Source: Ruditapes philippinarum (lineage: Eukaryota). Taken from it: a stretch of DNA of 64,000 bases. How positions within the stretch are numbered: the first letter of the stretch is position 1; every line of letters starts with the position of its first letter. The position numbers and the translations under genes were made by a program. Below the pieces are notes generated by a model, which saw nothing but the letters and a program-made list of their open reading frames with translations, was not told the DNA's origin and searched no databases. Below are positions 25,886 through 40,070 of this stretch, in pieces. The DNA is taken from contig NW_026861528.1 in assembly GCF_026571515.1 (NCBI RefSeq), forward strand, positions 1 through 64,000, in the 5' to 3' direction.

Positions 25886-28111
25886 ATATCAGTTATAGTT
25901 ATATTGTATTTTGTATGGAAGTCAAAATACTGCTTTGTTTACATTTTTGAAATTTTCTTACAGATAGTTTCACATTAAGTACTATTTTCGACATGTTACA
26001 CGCGTCTAACATGCCCTAAAACCAATATTTAAACATTTTAAAACTCAAGGTTGCCCTTTTTAAAAGATGCAAGAATAAATTCGTCTCTGAGGCATAATTT
26101 ATCTTTAAAGAAAAAACATTATGCCCATCCAAGGATATACAGTAAGTGAACAGTTGCAATAATTCCTTTTAATTCTATAGGTTATTTCGCTTTAACGACA
26201 AATAACTCATGTGACCAAAGGTAATATCCATATATAGAGATGTGGGCATTATAGATATGCAAAAATGCAAGAAAGAGAGGTATAAGAATACGTTCATGTA
26301 TTATGTTCAGGATAACAAGAGGTCCAAGATATCACTAGATCGTTCTACTGACCCATCGAACTAATCCAAGCAATTACCTAGACAAGCATTCTGACCAAGT
26401 TTCATGACAGGTGAGTCAAAAATGTGACCACTATGTGTTAACAATGATGTTCCATATTTGAACAGTTTTACCTAGTTTTTGACCCCAGGTGACCCATATT
26501 CAAACTTGGCCTAGGAATCATCAAAACATATTTTCAGGCAAATTTTCAGGATATTTGGGAAATATGAACGATATTTTACTCTTGTGAGCAAAGGTAATAT
26601 TTATAAATATCCTTGGAAATGTGCCTACTATGTTCAAATTATGAAAAGAGTGGAACAGTCCTTTTATACTTATGATTAAGATGTATGTTATATCCTGAAC
26701 AATTTTCAATATTAACAGTTGGTAATTCACCATTATAATAGTCTATTATGTAATATATATATACATGTAATCCATTCAGCTCAACATTACAATAAAACAA
26801 GGGAACATTGTTGAAAAATACGCCCGTCACATACGCTTTTGACAGAGTAATCATGAAAATGATTTGTGTTTCAAAACCCCAAAATGATGACTAAATGGTC
26901 CAATTCACATTTTCATATTTTTTTATCTGAACTTTGGTCCATATGTAATGACCTTGACAATGGTCTCATGGACCTAAATATTGCATGCGACACTCCGTCA
27001 TACAATGGTGAACATTTGTACCAAGCAATATTAAAATCCCTCTATATATGTAGAAGATTTGCTCCGGACAAGCGATTTTTAATGTCCTTTACGTGTGAGC
27101 TTGACGTTTGACCTAGAGAACCTAGCGCGAGACCAGCTTCTTATTGTGGTGAGTATTTCTATGATTTTCATTAAATATCCTTCATGTGTGTAGGCTATAT
27201 ATTCCGGACGAAATCTCTATATTAAATCATCTTTAGTGACCTTGACCTTGCAATATTAAGCTGAGTTACATGTTTCACGTACGTAGTCATGAAATGACAA
27301 TTTGTGTTTCAATCCCTCAGTAAATGATGACTTAATGGTCCCAGTTCACATTTTTATCTGAAATTTGTATCCTTTGTGTGACCTTGGCCTTGGTCGCAGG
27401 GACCTGATTTTAGCATACGATGCTCATCATTACAACTGTGAACATTTGTTCTTAGATATATTGAAATGCCTCTATGCATTTAAGAGTTATGTTCTAGGAC
27501 AAACGTCTGTCAATGAACTCTTAGTGTGACTTTTATCTTTAACCTAGAAATCTGCGCGCGAAGTAGCTTTTCATAGTGGTAAACATTTCTATGAAGTTTC
27601 ATTAAAATTCCTTCATGTGTATAGAAGATATTCCCCGGAAAATATTGGACGCCGCGCGTCCACCCGCCCGCCAAAGGAGTTCGTTTTTCAAATGGACCTA
27701 AGGTCACTTTAACATCTACAGGCATGTAACCACACGCTGATACGACAATAGGGACTCTTATTCACATATGACTGTTTATTAGCTCAACATGTTTTTTCAA
27801 CTTTTTAAAGGATTAAAAAGGTTGCACGGACGGAAATAGTGTTTACAAAAGTTATATAGACTTATTTACCATTGATCCGGTATTTGGTATAATAAAAACT
27901 AAAAAAAATCTGATGATTTAGAGATAACTAAGAACAATAAATTTAAACTAGTCTCGTTAAGGCCAAGTAATCATACCGTTTGTTCACAGACAAGCTATCT
28001 TTTCAACTAATCTCTTATGTTTGAGGAGTTGTATTAAATGTTTATATGTTATTAAAGAGATCCTGAAGAAGTTAATAATAACCGAAACACGCGATGCTTA
28101 ACAACTATCAT

Positions 28112-31100
28112 AATAGGCATAGACATCGGTTACTTGAAGTTATTTTTGTTAATGTATGCTGATGTTATTGTAATATTTGCTTCTTCAAAAGACGAATTAC
28201 AGGATAATCTTAATATTTTGCATAAGTATTGTAATCGTTGGAAATTATGTCTTAATAAGGCTAAAACAAAAGTAATTGTTTTCAGGAAAGGGGGCCGCCT
28301 GCCACAAAATCTTAACTTTTATTATGATGGATATCCTTTAGAAATAGTTAACAAATTTTCATATCTAGGTATTGTTTTTACGACAGGTGGTTCTTTTAGT
28401 GAGACTCATAAAACTTTATCCGGTCAAGCACAGAAAGCGATTTTTAGGTTAAGAATGTATCTGTACAAATACACTAATATTACAATTGAACACACTTTAG
28501 AATTTTTTGATAAAATATTTAAACCGATTTTTTTTTGTACAGTTCGGAGGTATGGGGTTTCACTAAAGCTCCACAAATAGAAAGAATTCATTCTTTATTC
28601 TATAAATCTATTCTTTATGTTAAAACCTCTACTCAGAATGATTTTATCTATGGTGAACTTGGTAGATCTTTATGCACAGCGTATTTTTAGAATAATTAAA
28701 TATTGGTTAAAAGTTACAAGTAGTATCGAACGAAAATATATCAAATTGATTTACATGCAAATGTTAAGTGATATAGATAAAAAACCAAGGGTAATTAACT
28801 GGGCATCTCAAGTCAGAGACGTTTTAGGAAATTTAGGATTTTTCGAAAATTGGCTAACGCAGGGTGTTGGTAACCAAACATTGTTTTTATCTAAGCTAAA
28901 ACAAAGAATTTCAGATGTTTTTATTCAAGAATGGACAAGTCGTATAAATTTATTATCAAGAGCAGGATTTTATAGAGTATTTGCAAAATTTGAATACAGC
29001 TTTTATCTAAAAAATGTTAACATAAGTAAATATTTTACAGCTTTAACCAGATTAAGACTGTCAGCTCATCATTTAAGTGTAGAAACTGGCAGAACATTTC
29101 CTTTAAGCATGTCAAAAATTAGAGGACGAATTCCACCTATTGTTTGAATGTAAATTGTATAATTCTATTAGGGAGTGATATATCAACCAATATTACGTAA
29201 TAAACCCAAATATGTATAAAACTGCAGAACTTTTTTAACTCTCATTCAGTACAAATTGTAAGAAATTTAGCAATGTTTGTCTATAAAGGTTCCGGGATTA
29301 GAAAATAATCTACATTGCAATCTTAAAAAGTAATAAATATTTATATACTGTATAATTCTAAAGTTCCTTTCTGAACTTTCATACGTTCTTCTTTACATGT
29401 AAAAACATTTTCCTATTTCCAAACTTTACCCAGCAGGCACTTGACGTTGTTTCAACGTTGAAACAACGTTGAAATATGGTCGTGACGTTGTTCAACCAAT
29501 ATTCAACTATGGACGACCATACGGATATATTGCCAATGTATATACAACGTTGATTCAACGTTGTTTATGGTCGAAGTTTTACATTTAGTTTAATCATTAT
29601 ATAAACTTTTATACCACTAATTTTGTGATATTATTCCTTTATTGAATTAGTCTGTAAGTGATTTTTTTCAGGAAAATTTGCGTTACAATCTTTTTCCGTA
29701 TATTCAAAATTAGCGCTTAAACAAATAAAGTTGGAAATAATTTTTCACTTCCTATTAACGCTTTAAATATTTGTTAATATGTTTTGTTGTTTGTTGTTTT
29801 ATTTTCTAGTTCTTTATGAATAATATTAATTAATAAATTGATATTAGTCAAAACCCCGTTTATAAAATAACGCTGGCCAGGGGAAGTAATTGTTGCGGTC
29901 TATGATTTTGTTTGTTGTCTATGATTATCGTTCGTGCATATGGTGGCGCTGTTTGGAAAATTTGAAAACAACACGATTGGCAATTTATTTGGATTTCGAA
30001 GGTATTACCGTTATGTTTTACTTTAGTTTACTGATTATTTTCTAAAATATTATTATTTATTCTTTAAATTCTACTTTAATTTACTTTATGAAATAAATGA
30101 GAGATATAAACACATGAATGAGTTGATTTGACACGTTTTCGCGACCTAATTGAATGATTTGGGTTCGGAAGGCCTTATAAGAAGTTATTGATGTCATTGA
30201 CAATTTATGATTTTACAAATCTTGTCTTTCTTTAATTTATTTTTCATATTATTAAACATTTGTCTGTACTATATCCTATTTAGAATTTAATCAATTTTAA
30301 AATTGAAACCTATAAAGTAGTTCGGCCCACTTAATTTACGTCCCAAAACGATTCGTCAATATATATAACTATGTTTATATTTTATTGATAGTATAATACA
30401 GTGTTAATTAGTTTGAAAAAAATACATTATAGTGATATAGATAAGTTAAATAACAAATTTGAGTGTTAAACTTTAAAGTTTAATAGTCGTAAATTTAATA
30501 ATAAATCTATTTCTATTTTATTATATATTATTTTATATTCTAGATCCTGGTCCTGGCTGAAATTTAGAGTATTGCAGCTGTAGCCTGTATACCATACATT
30601 CAACACGAAAGGGACTGTCAGGTTTGTTAAATTGAAATTTATTCTTATTAATTTATATATTTGAATTTCTTTACAATACAAAGTATAAATTTTTCAACTA
30701 CTGGAAATTTATCTTGTCTTAAAATATATTTCTATCGGAATATTCCTGTAACATTATTAATATAAAATTTACATGTTTGTTGATTTCAGGATGCTGCACA
30801 AAATGGTCTTAGCTAGAGCCTAGAATGTTAATTTCTTGGGAATATGCTGCAAGGAACTGACGGGGAGCAGTTTTTCTTACAAATCATAGGTGAGACTTTT
30901 AAATTATATATAAATAGCTTCTTTTTAAAAAGTTTTTGTTGTCCTATATACAGTATTTGCTGTCAATATCAAACTTAGCTATGTTTCAATTTCTATGCTG
31001 TTTTATGATGTAAATCTTAGAGAAAAGCATTTTAAGATAAAAACAAATCACTAAGTTGAGTAATTATATGTATAATTTGAGGTTGACCTAGTCACTTTTA

Positions 31101-32320
31101 ACTACAAACTTCTTATTTTTATTTGCAGAAGCAGTAAGAGACAGCCAAAGAAGTACTCGAACACTCGACATACCCAGAAAGATCTAAAAGAAAAGATTGG
31201 AACAGATTGTAGCTTAATTGTTAAAACTATTAAAATGAATTTTAGCTGCACTTGAACTGTATTTTTGAAATAAAATGTCTGAAGTATTTAATATTGTCTT
31301 GATATTTTGTTAAACTTGCTTACTTTGCTTTATATCCAAAAATTAAAGTATGGTGGGTTTTCAACGTTGAAATGACATTGAAACTTCAACGTTGTGCCAA
31401 CGTTGAAGCTGCAACGTTGTATCAACGTTGAAATTTCAACGTTGTTTCAACTTTCAAATCCGAATATAAATCCAACCTTATTTCAACGTTGAAATCTGAC
31501 CATAATTCAACATTGAAACAACGTTGATGTGCCTGCTGGGTATTTGATACCTTTTAAATGTTCAATATGTTGTATCATGTTCGTTATTTTATTTTTCCTT
31601 TTTCTTGTCCTTTTCATAGTGTTTTTATTATCCTCTTGTTAAAACAATTTTTTATTATAGCAAAAACTAAAGGTAAACAAATCTTGATTATTGTTAACAT
31701 TAAAATTGACATGGTTATTTCCCTTGTATGCGTCATACGCGTCTTGTACTTTCGTTTTCGATACAAGGCAATTTTTCAAATACTAAAATCCATATTTGTG
31801 TGTCAAAATCTGATTATTCATATCTGACATAAAAGCATGTCATGCTTTAGATTTTTAGTAGTAAAAATAATGGTCTTGTAATTTCATTTTCGATACAATG
31901 CATTATGTTACATATATGTTTATGTATACATTTGATACCAAATTTTATAAATATTTATATATGAGCATATTATGATAAAACAAGTAAATATTTATAACCA
32001 TTGATGTTTAGTAAAAAGAACACATACACAACAAGGTAACAAACAAAATAATCAAAGAGATAAATATGTATGAAATTATAATTGATATGAATTAAAATGT
32101 GAATGACATCATATAGATTTGATAATATATGAATGTAACAATATGTTGAAAGCGAGTAATATTTTTATTCAATGTCCGTCAATGTATTGTAATGTATTGT
32201 GTAATGTATTGTATTTCTGAGAAGATTGTAATTTTTATTTTGTGTCAGGTCAAGGGCTTATTAGCCTAAACCAGACCGTTGTTATTGAAATGTGGATTTT
32301 GACATAAAAATTCTTCTTCT
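28112..32320 (+). mobile_element. Degraded 5'-truncated LINE (RTE-X-like), with its 3' UTR interrupted by the EnSpm-like element
   Basis: YADV (eroded YADD) and RLRLSAHHLSVETGR in broken ORFs 28134-29147; (TTC)n tail at ~32310. The two flanks rejoin a sequence that is contiguous at ~20915-20960. Confidence 0.75.
29429..31540. mobile_element. Non-autonomous EnSpm/CMC-like DNA transposon
   Basis: TIR CCCAGCAGGCAC / GTGCCTGCTGGG, TA on both sides, and clustered subterminal CAACGTTG palindromes at both ends. Confidence 0.8.
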
Positions 32321-34782
32321 ATATAAAAACAGATAAACAGATGTTGTATTTTTTAAAACACGTATTCGTCAACTGTTCTTATATACCTTGTCATGATACA
32401 CGAATTTTACAAAGTAAGTCGGACTTATTCTGGAAATTAATCTTTACAATTTGTTAAGTGTTAGACATATTCGGAAAATATAAAGGTAAGTAATTAGAAT
32501 GCAGTAAGAAAAGATGGGAAAAATAAGAAAAGTTAAAATACAAGCCCCCTTTATCAATAGTGAGATACCATATTATTCATCATTTACGATGTTAAAAAGC
32601 TCGAATTAAAAGTATTAAAACCTATCTCTAAACTGTCCAAAAGTCTCAACATTGAAAATATTGGAAACGGATTATATTGAGAAAAAAACAAGAAATTCCC
32701 TTTTTTCTTTTTTTTTTTTTCTTTTTTTTTTTTTTTCATTTTTGAAAATCACAATTGGACAAAGGACAATGGAATAAAACAACTGTTTAACCAACAGTCG
32801 TTCGATGCTGTGTATTATTATTAGTATATTATCGCAATTAATCGACGACATAAAGTAATAAAAAAATTCAATTTAGACCTAGTATTAGAAATTGCTTTCA
32901 ATGAATGTCCTTTTAATTGCTTTCAAAATATAATTGTAATGAAAACTGAATGAAATGATTGCCATGTCCCGTATTTGACAAAATAAAGACACAGTGAATT
33001 TTCAACGTCTATTTTTCTTTTTGTTTCAAAACACGTCTTCATTTTCTGTTTGAGTTTCACTCATATGTAAGACTATACTTTGCCACGTCCTTTGATTTGC
33101 ATGAAGTGTTAATAAAGAAATACATAATCTGAGCTGTCTTAGGTTATATCAATTACAAGTACACTTTAACAAACTGCTAGAGTATTAAATAGTTGCATTT
33201 TGTGTTTAAAAGGCATTTAAAGAGATCCTCAAGTGAAATTTTATACGTGACTCATTGCAGTGATCATATAAAATGATCATAAATAAACAGATGTTGTAAC
33301 AAAAAACAAACAAGACATTTTAGATATACCGTATATAGCAACTGCCTCGTTATACCTGTTGATCAACGTTACATAAATATACTTTTTTTATTTTACGCAG
33401 TTTTGCTATATTATAAGACGGATATATTTTAAAAGTTGTTAGGTAAATATTAACATATTAATTGTATGTTTGATATTCAGAGACATATTTGGGAAATATG
33501 ATAAGTAATTAGAATTATGTCAGATAAGTTTGAAGTAAATTATAATAAAAGTTCGAATAAAACATCCGATTATCGAGACTGGGATATTATTAATAATATA
33601 ATTGTAAGCTAGATCAAATTAGGGCTTGAAATTTTTCTGAAATGACCCTAAAGGTCGCAATTTTGACAGTGCTAACGTTAATAATATGATGTGAATTATA
33701 CAAGAATTCTTTAAGTTTTGAGAAGCAATGTTCTAGAATCATTTTGTGACAAAGGACAAGAGAATAAAATAATTGTTTTATGATACATATCTTAAAATCT
33801 AAAGAACTTGTGGTTAAATGAGATGGTTTATGATTATGAAAAACAACAAAAAGATGTTATGAAATATTATACATTATTCCTGACTTGTTTATAGTTCATC
33901 ATTTTGTACATAAATATGTAATGCCCTATTTTTTTCGAAATTTGTTTTCAGACAAGTGCAGAAAGAAATGGATTCGGTCAAAATAATACTTGCATTCGTT
34001 TCCTGCGGGGAAAATTTTTAATGATATAAAGATATTTCATTTGACTGTTTTTAACGTTGTTTGGGGGGGATAAATAAACGTTTGTTTCAAGAATATAGTT
34101 GACAATTATCGATCAATATAGAAGAAGGTCTTTGGAAACTAGTGACCGTTGAAGACCTGAGACCGGAGAAGGTCGAACTTTAAACAATTATTCCTTTTCA
34201 AGAAAATGATAGAATACCATTTTCTGAATAATTCCGAGCAAAAAAATTAAAGTAAACACACAAGTTTACGCAGAAAATATCTATATTTAGTATGGCAGAT
34301 GCCACTACGAATATTTTAATTTTGTAGATTTTCAGTGTAAACAATTTATTGTTTATAAAATTTGAGATAGATATTAAAAAAAATTGATAATTTTCAAAAA
34401 CATCATTCAAGTTTTTCCATTTAAACGGTTTAATAATTATAGAAAATTAGAAATATCACGTAATAGTTTTTTGTTGTTAATTATGTGTAATTCGGACTAA
34501 CTCCCTAGAGGTAATCCGTAACTTACCGGCAAACGGTATTTAGCAAGGTTTTCGAAATGGTCAATTAACCAATTATGTACGGCTTACAGATCACATACTC
34601 ATCCATATACATAAAACATGTCATGTGCTCATCCATGTCTCAAAAGTTAAATGCGTACCAATACCCTGCGGTCTTCAGACCGCAGGGAATTACCCTTGAG
34701 ATTGTGTTCATCGCTGTCAATTAATCACATTTCTTTAAAACTGAATGTGTAATCGTCAGAAAAATTCAATGAACAAATAGTT

Positions 34783-37700
34783 AAGTAAGTAATAGTTACC
34801 GTACGAGGAATAGGTCTGCATAGTGTTTACAGACACGGGTGGCGATTTGAAGACCGAGAGAGCGTAGCGGTCGAGGTTTTTAAAAGGCAACCGGGTCTGT
34901 AAATACTATGCAGACCTATTCCGAGTGCGGTAACTATCTTACCTACATGCTCTTTTGTTTTTCTATCCATACATCAGTTTTTAGCTCAGTATTTATTAAT
35001 ATTACTTACAAGAAACATATTACTTATGTATTTTATCCTGTTTAAGAAAGCATTCTAAAGCCAAGCAAAGATACCATCCGCTACGCTCTTGTAATTCATT
35101 CGTTCACAAATCAGGTGTTATTTGAATATTCTCGTGATTCTCGTGGGGTTTCATTAGGTAATGTACTTGTTGAGTTGAGTCACAGAAAATGAAAACAGAA
35201 CTTGTCGAGTAGGGAAAGGTAAGATCATTATTTTGATATATGAATACATAACATATCAATAAAATAAACAAATACTGAGGAAGATAAAAAATATTTTCTA
35301 ATCATAAAAAACGGAACACTTTATCTTTATACATAATAAATGTCCTGGTAAATAGATGATCAGGCTATTTCTTATATAATTAAAATATACTTTTTTCAAA
35401 AGAAAGTAAAAGACGGGGTTCTATAACTAAATATTAGTAATACATGTAGTTACACCGTTATGTAAGTTGGGTTTTGTTGTTGTTGTTTTTTATGATGGCT
35501 GATTTTAAATGTTCTTAGAATTTCATCCATGTTTGGAAGAATTTTCTTTAGGTGTATTCTTAATTAGCATCATCCGTTATAAGACCGCATGTAAGCACGA
35601 GGTCAAGAATGGAAGCGAAAGTCGTATTCTTGGTACTGGTATACAAAATCTAAATTGTGATGTAAAAATAACTAAAAAATGAGAAAAACGATCTTATACT
35701 TAAGATGAACTATACTCGCACTGAAAGCAATATTTTGGGAAAGAAAGATGCAGACATTGACTTTGATTCGATATGCACCAGTAATATAATCGTCGTATAT
35801 ATCCTATAAATGCAGAATTGTTAAAATAATGCAGAATTGTGCAAATTTAGACATAGTTGTGGAAATAAATACCGAAAACTTGTATCTTATGAAGCTATAT
35901 AGTTCGGCAAATGTGTTAGGTATACCGAAAAGCAAACTTTAAAGAAAGGCTTAATGTGCGTCGTTATACGCCAGAACAGTAGCCAGTTCGTTTTTCTCAC
36001 AAATAATCTGGAATATAAGTTATGAGGGTCCTTACAGTCGTATGCGCTAATTTATTTCGATTAATCTTTAAAATATATATCGACCCTTTTTCCTTTTCAA
36101 AATTGCCATTACCCCCCCCCCCCCCTACAATTCAGCGTTATTTTACGGTGAATATTGTGTAGTGTAATGCACGAGTTTCTCGACTTCACATATTTTCTAT
36201 TGTATAGAGAACAATAGAACAATAACCGGTCGGTATCTATTTGCAGACCTGTTAACCGGTTGGTAAGTGATTTACTAGACCGCTTTTAACAAAGGAGCCG
36301 GTATGGAACGCCATAGCTGCCTTATATAAACACTTCTAAAGTGGTCATGTCCTTTTAACAGATAGTGCTGTGGTTCTGATAAAAGGTTATGTGGTTTTGA
36401 TAAATGGTGATGTCGTGGTGATAGATGGTCCTGTAGTTTAAATAAATGGTCCTGTGGTTTTTAAAAATGGTTATGTCGTTTTGAAAGATTGTGCTGTAGT
36501 TTAAATAAATGGTGTTGTGGATTTAATAAGTGGTGCTGTGGTTTTGATAAATGGTTATGTCGTTTTGACAGATGGTGCTGTAGTTAAAATAAATGGTGCT
36601 GTGGATTTAATAAGTGGTGCTGTGGTTTTTTAATATGGTTATGTCGTTTTGACAGATGGTGCTGTAGTTTGAATAAATGCTGTTGTGGATTTAATAAGTG
36701 GTGCTGTGGTTTTGATAAATGGTTATGTCGTTTTGACAGATGGTGCTGTAGTTTAAATAAAAGGTGCTGTTGTTTTGATAAATGGTAATGTAAGTATGTA
36801 TATGGCGCTGTTGCTTTGATACATGGTGCTGCAGTAATGATAAATGGTGATGTCGTTTTGATATATGGTAGAGTCACTTTGGTACCTGGTAGTGTCATTT
36901 TATATACGGTGTTGTTGCTTTGATAACTGGTGCTGTAATTTTCATAGATGGTGCTGTTGTTTTGATAAATAGTGCTGTGGTAATGATAAATGGTAATGTA
37001 AGTATGTATATGGCGCTGTTGCTTTGATACATGGTGCTGTGGTAATGATAAATGGTGATGTCGTTTTGATATATGGTGGTGTCACTTTGGTACCTGGTAA
37101 TGTCATTTTATATATGATGCTGTTATTTTTATAAATGGTGCTGTAATTTTGCTATATGTTGATGTTGTTTTAATAAATGGTTATACTATTTTGATATATG
37201 GTGATGTTCTATTTATAAATGACGATACTATTTTAATGTATGGTGATGTTCTTTTTATAAATGGTTATACTATTCTGATGTACGATGATGTTCTTTTTAT
37301 AAATGGTTATACTATTTTGCTATGTGGTGATGTTCTTTTTATACATGGTGATACTATTTTGATGTATGGTTCTGTTATTTTTTATTACGATGATGATGAT
37401 CTATTTATAGATGACCTGTTTGTTTACTGGAACATTTTGATCGGTTATTTTAAATTATGGAGACCTTTGTTTTTCACCAACTTTTATACACTCTAATCTG
37501 AGTTTCATCATATCTTGACTGTTATTTATTCTAAAGTATTTCATTTCCTGCATAGATAACTTGCAGACAAAATCAGGCATGATCTTTTCATATTCAAAAA
37601 ATGTCCACAAGTTAAAGGTTTTTTTTAAATTGCTTCCATTGTTTTCATCAGTTAAACATTTCAATTTTAATTTTAATTTATTAATCTCAGACATTAAACT

Positions 37701-39275
37701 CTTTCCTTCATGAGCATATTGTGAAAAAATGGCCGTTTTCATTGAAAAGCCTCCTGTTACAAGTTCAACTGCTATGGAACTATGAAAAATGCTTTGATAC
37801 TGATGAAAATTGGCACAAGTGTTTACTGGACAATAGCCTGTGTCTTAAATTTCCTGTAAAATTGGCAACAGGGGAACGTCTCAAAATTGCCAAAAATCAC
37901 TATTTTGCATTGGTTTTTCTTTCCATCAAAACAATCTGAGTTCAAAGTGCTACAACTTCTCAATTGATTGAGATGGAGCAAAAGGCTTTTCAGCGTTGAT
38001 TACACGTTACCTTACGATCGACCTAAGGCTATTTTAGCCTGTCACATGTCCAAAATTTTCTTGGCGATGAGGGCGACTGTTGCCTACTTCAACCCCCCCC
38101 CAAAAAAAAACACACTAGAGGGCACATCCCCTTGAAGTACCATTTTGATGGGGTCGGCGCCGAAAAAATGGTCATTTTTTTAACAACATTTCTCAAACGA
38201 AAAACAGTGTCTAGGGTGTAATTAGGGCATTTTTTCACTGTTTAATGCCTCAAAAAGGGGAGGGGGTCTACAAGCCGTCAAAACACGTCTATATGAGGTA
38301 AAGGGTTAAAGGAGGTTACGCCATATTTTTCTCAGAAATAAGTTAATGACCATCTCCACAGTTCAGAAAGACATCACCATGTACAAAAATCACAGTACCA
38401 TGTATAAAATGACAACACTATATACCAAAACAGTATAACCATATACCAAACGGCATAACAACATTTCAAAACGACATTATCATTTATCAAAAGCACAGAA
38501 CTATTGATTAAAACCACCTCACCATTTATCAAATCCATAGCACGGTCTATTGAAACGACATAACCATTTATCAAAATTACAGTACCATATATAAATACCA
38601 CAGGACCATCTTACAAAACGACATAACCATTTATCAAAATAACTGCACCATTTATAACAACCATTGCATCAACTAAAAGAACGACCTAATCATTTATCAA
38701 ATCCACAGCACCATCTTACAAAACGACATAACCATTTATCAAAATTACAGCACCATCTATAATAACCATAGCATCAACTAAAATAACGACCTAACCATTT
38801 ATAAAATCGACAGCACCATCTAACAAATCGACATAACCATTTATCAAAATTACAGCACCATCTATAACAACCACAGCACCATCTAACAAAACGACATAAC
38901 CATTTATCAAAATTACAGCGCCATCTAACAAATCGACATAACCATTTATCAAAATTACAGCACTATCTATAACAACCACAGCACCATTTAACAAAACGAC
39001 ATAACCATTTATCAAAATTACAGCACCATCTTACAAAACGAGATAACCATTTTTCAAATTCACAGCACCGTCTTTTAACATGACTGCAACATATATCTAA
39101 ATTACATCACCATCTATCTGAACGACATCACCATATATGAAAAAAACATCACCATCTATCAAAACCATAGCACCATCTATAGAAACGACATCATCATTTA
39201 TCCAAAGGACATTACGACTTGATAAGAGTAAATATAAGGCAGCCATGGCGTTCCATAAGCCGGTAGGTAATTACG
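34783..39275. mobile_element. Hairpin-ended (Crypton-like) element hosting the IS3EU-like insertion
   Basis: ~145-bp terminal stem-loop 34792-34936 (tagttaccg...cggtaacta, loop gagcgtagcggtcgag). Related gcagacc/ggtaag motifs at 36225-36300. Right boundary is inferred. Confidence 0.5.
36302..39257. mobile_element. IS3EU-like non-autonomous foldback element with inverted 21-bp arrays
   Basis: TIR TATGGAACGCCAT(A/G)GCTGCCTTATAT and 6-bp TSD AGCCGG (36296-36301 / 39258-39263). TAY..RTA ends with a 6-bp TSD fit IS3EU. Arrays ~36355-37430 and ~38375-39210 are in opposite orientation. Confidence 0.8.
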
Positions 39276-39574
39276 TATCTAATGTATTTAGTAATTCAAA
39301 ACGATCGACCATTTTTTTGTTATAAGTGGCAAATATTACAAAGTGTAAAATACGAACTCTGTAAAATGTAAATCTAACCATAATAAAGTTGCATGCATGA
39401 ATAAATAAGTGGTTGATTTTTGCAGGCGGTTAATTTTGTAAATATGAAATTGGTAATGGGAGTGATAAAGTTAAAGTAAACATTCTACACGGAGAGAGCA
39501 AACAAATTGATACATGTAATACATGTTTATCACATAATACGCGGCGCAGGAGTGTAATAAAGCCATTTAATAAT

Positions 39575-40068
39575 CAAAAAAGGGCCATAATTCTCTAAAA
39601 TTTGGTCGCAGCAAAAATTCCTTCCTTTACTACCATCTACACATTAAGGTTGTTCATCCCTGGAAGTTTAAGCAAAATCTGCCATCTGGTTTAAGAGGAG
39701 TTGCGTTCACAAAATTTCTACATTGTATATAATGAAAAAATAAAAAAAGGGCCATAATTCTGTTAAATTTGGTTGCAGCAAAAATTTCTTTCTTTACTGC
39801 CATCTACACATTAAGGTTGTTCATCCCTGGAAGTTTAAGCAAAATCTGCCATCCGGTTTAAGAGGAGTTGCATTCACAAAATTTCTACATAGTATATAGT
39901 GAAAAAATCAACAAAGGGCCATAATTCTGTAAAATTTGGTCGCAGCAAAAATTCTTTCCTTTACTTCCATCTACACCTGAAAGTTGTTCATCCCTGTAAT
40001 TTTAAGCAAAATCTGCCATCCTGTTTAAGAGGAGTTGCCTTCACAAAATTTCTACATAGTATATAAGT
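39575..40068. repeat. Three ~167-bp tandem units (satellite/HINE core-like)
   Basis: aaagggccataattct...ttcacaaaatttctaca at ~39578, 39746 and 39913. Confidence 0.85.
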
Positions 40069-40070
40069 AA

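Larger units (their letters stand above)
33968..39526 (+). pseudogene. Gene D: pseudogene closest to gene A
   Basis: MDSVKIILAFV at 33968, then homology is lost. Exon remnant 39426-39526 reads GG*FCKYEIGNGSDKVKVNILHGESKQIDTCNTC (stop and truncation). Upstream ~33170-33960 matches ~11690-12450 reverse complement. Confidence 0.8.

Noticed and set aside
36584-39325. His/Gln-rich and Val/Ile-rich repeat ORFs
   Set aside because: Translations of the 21-bp arrays inside a TIR element.
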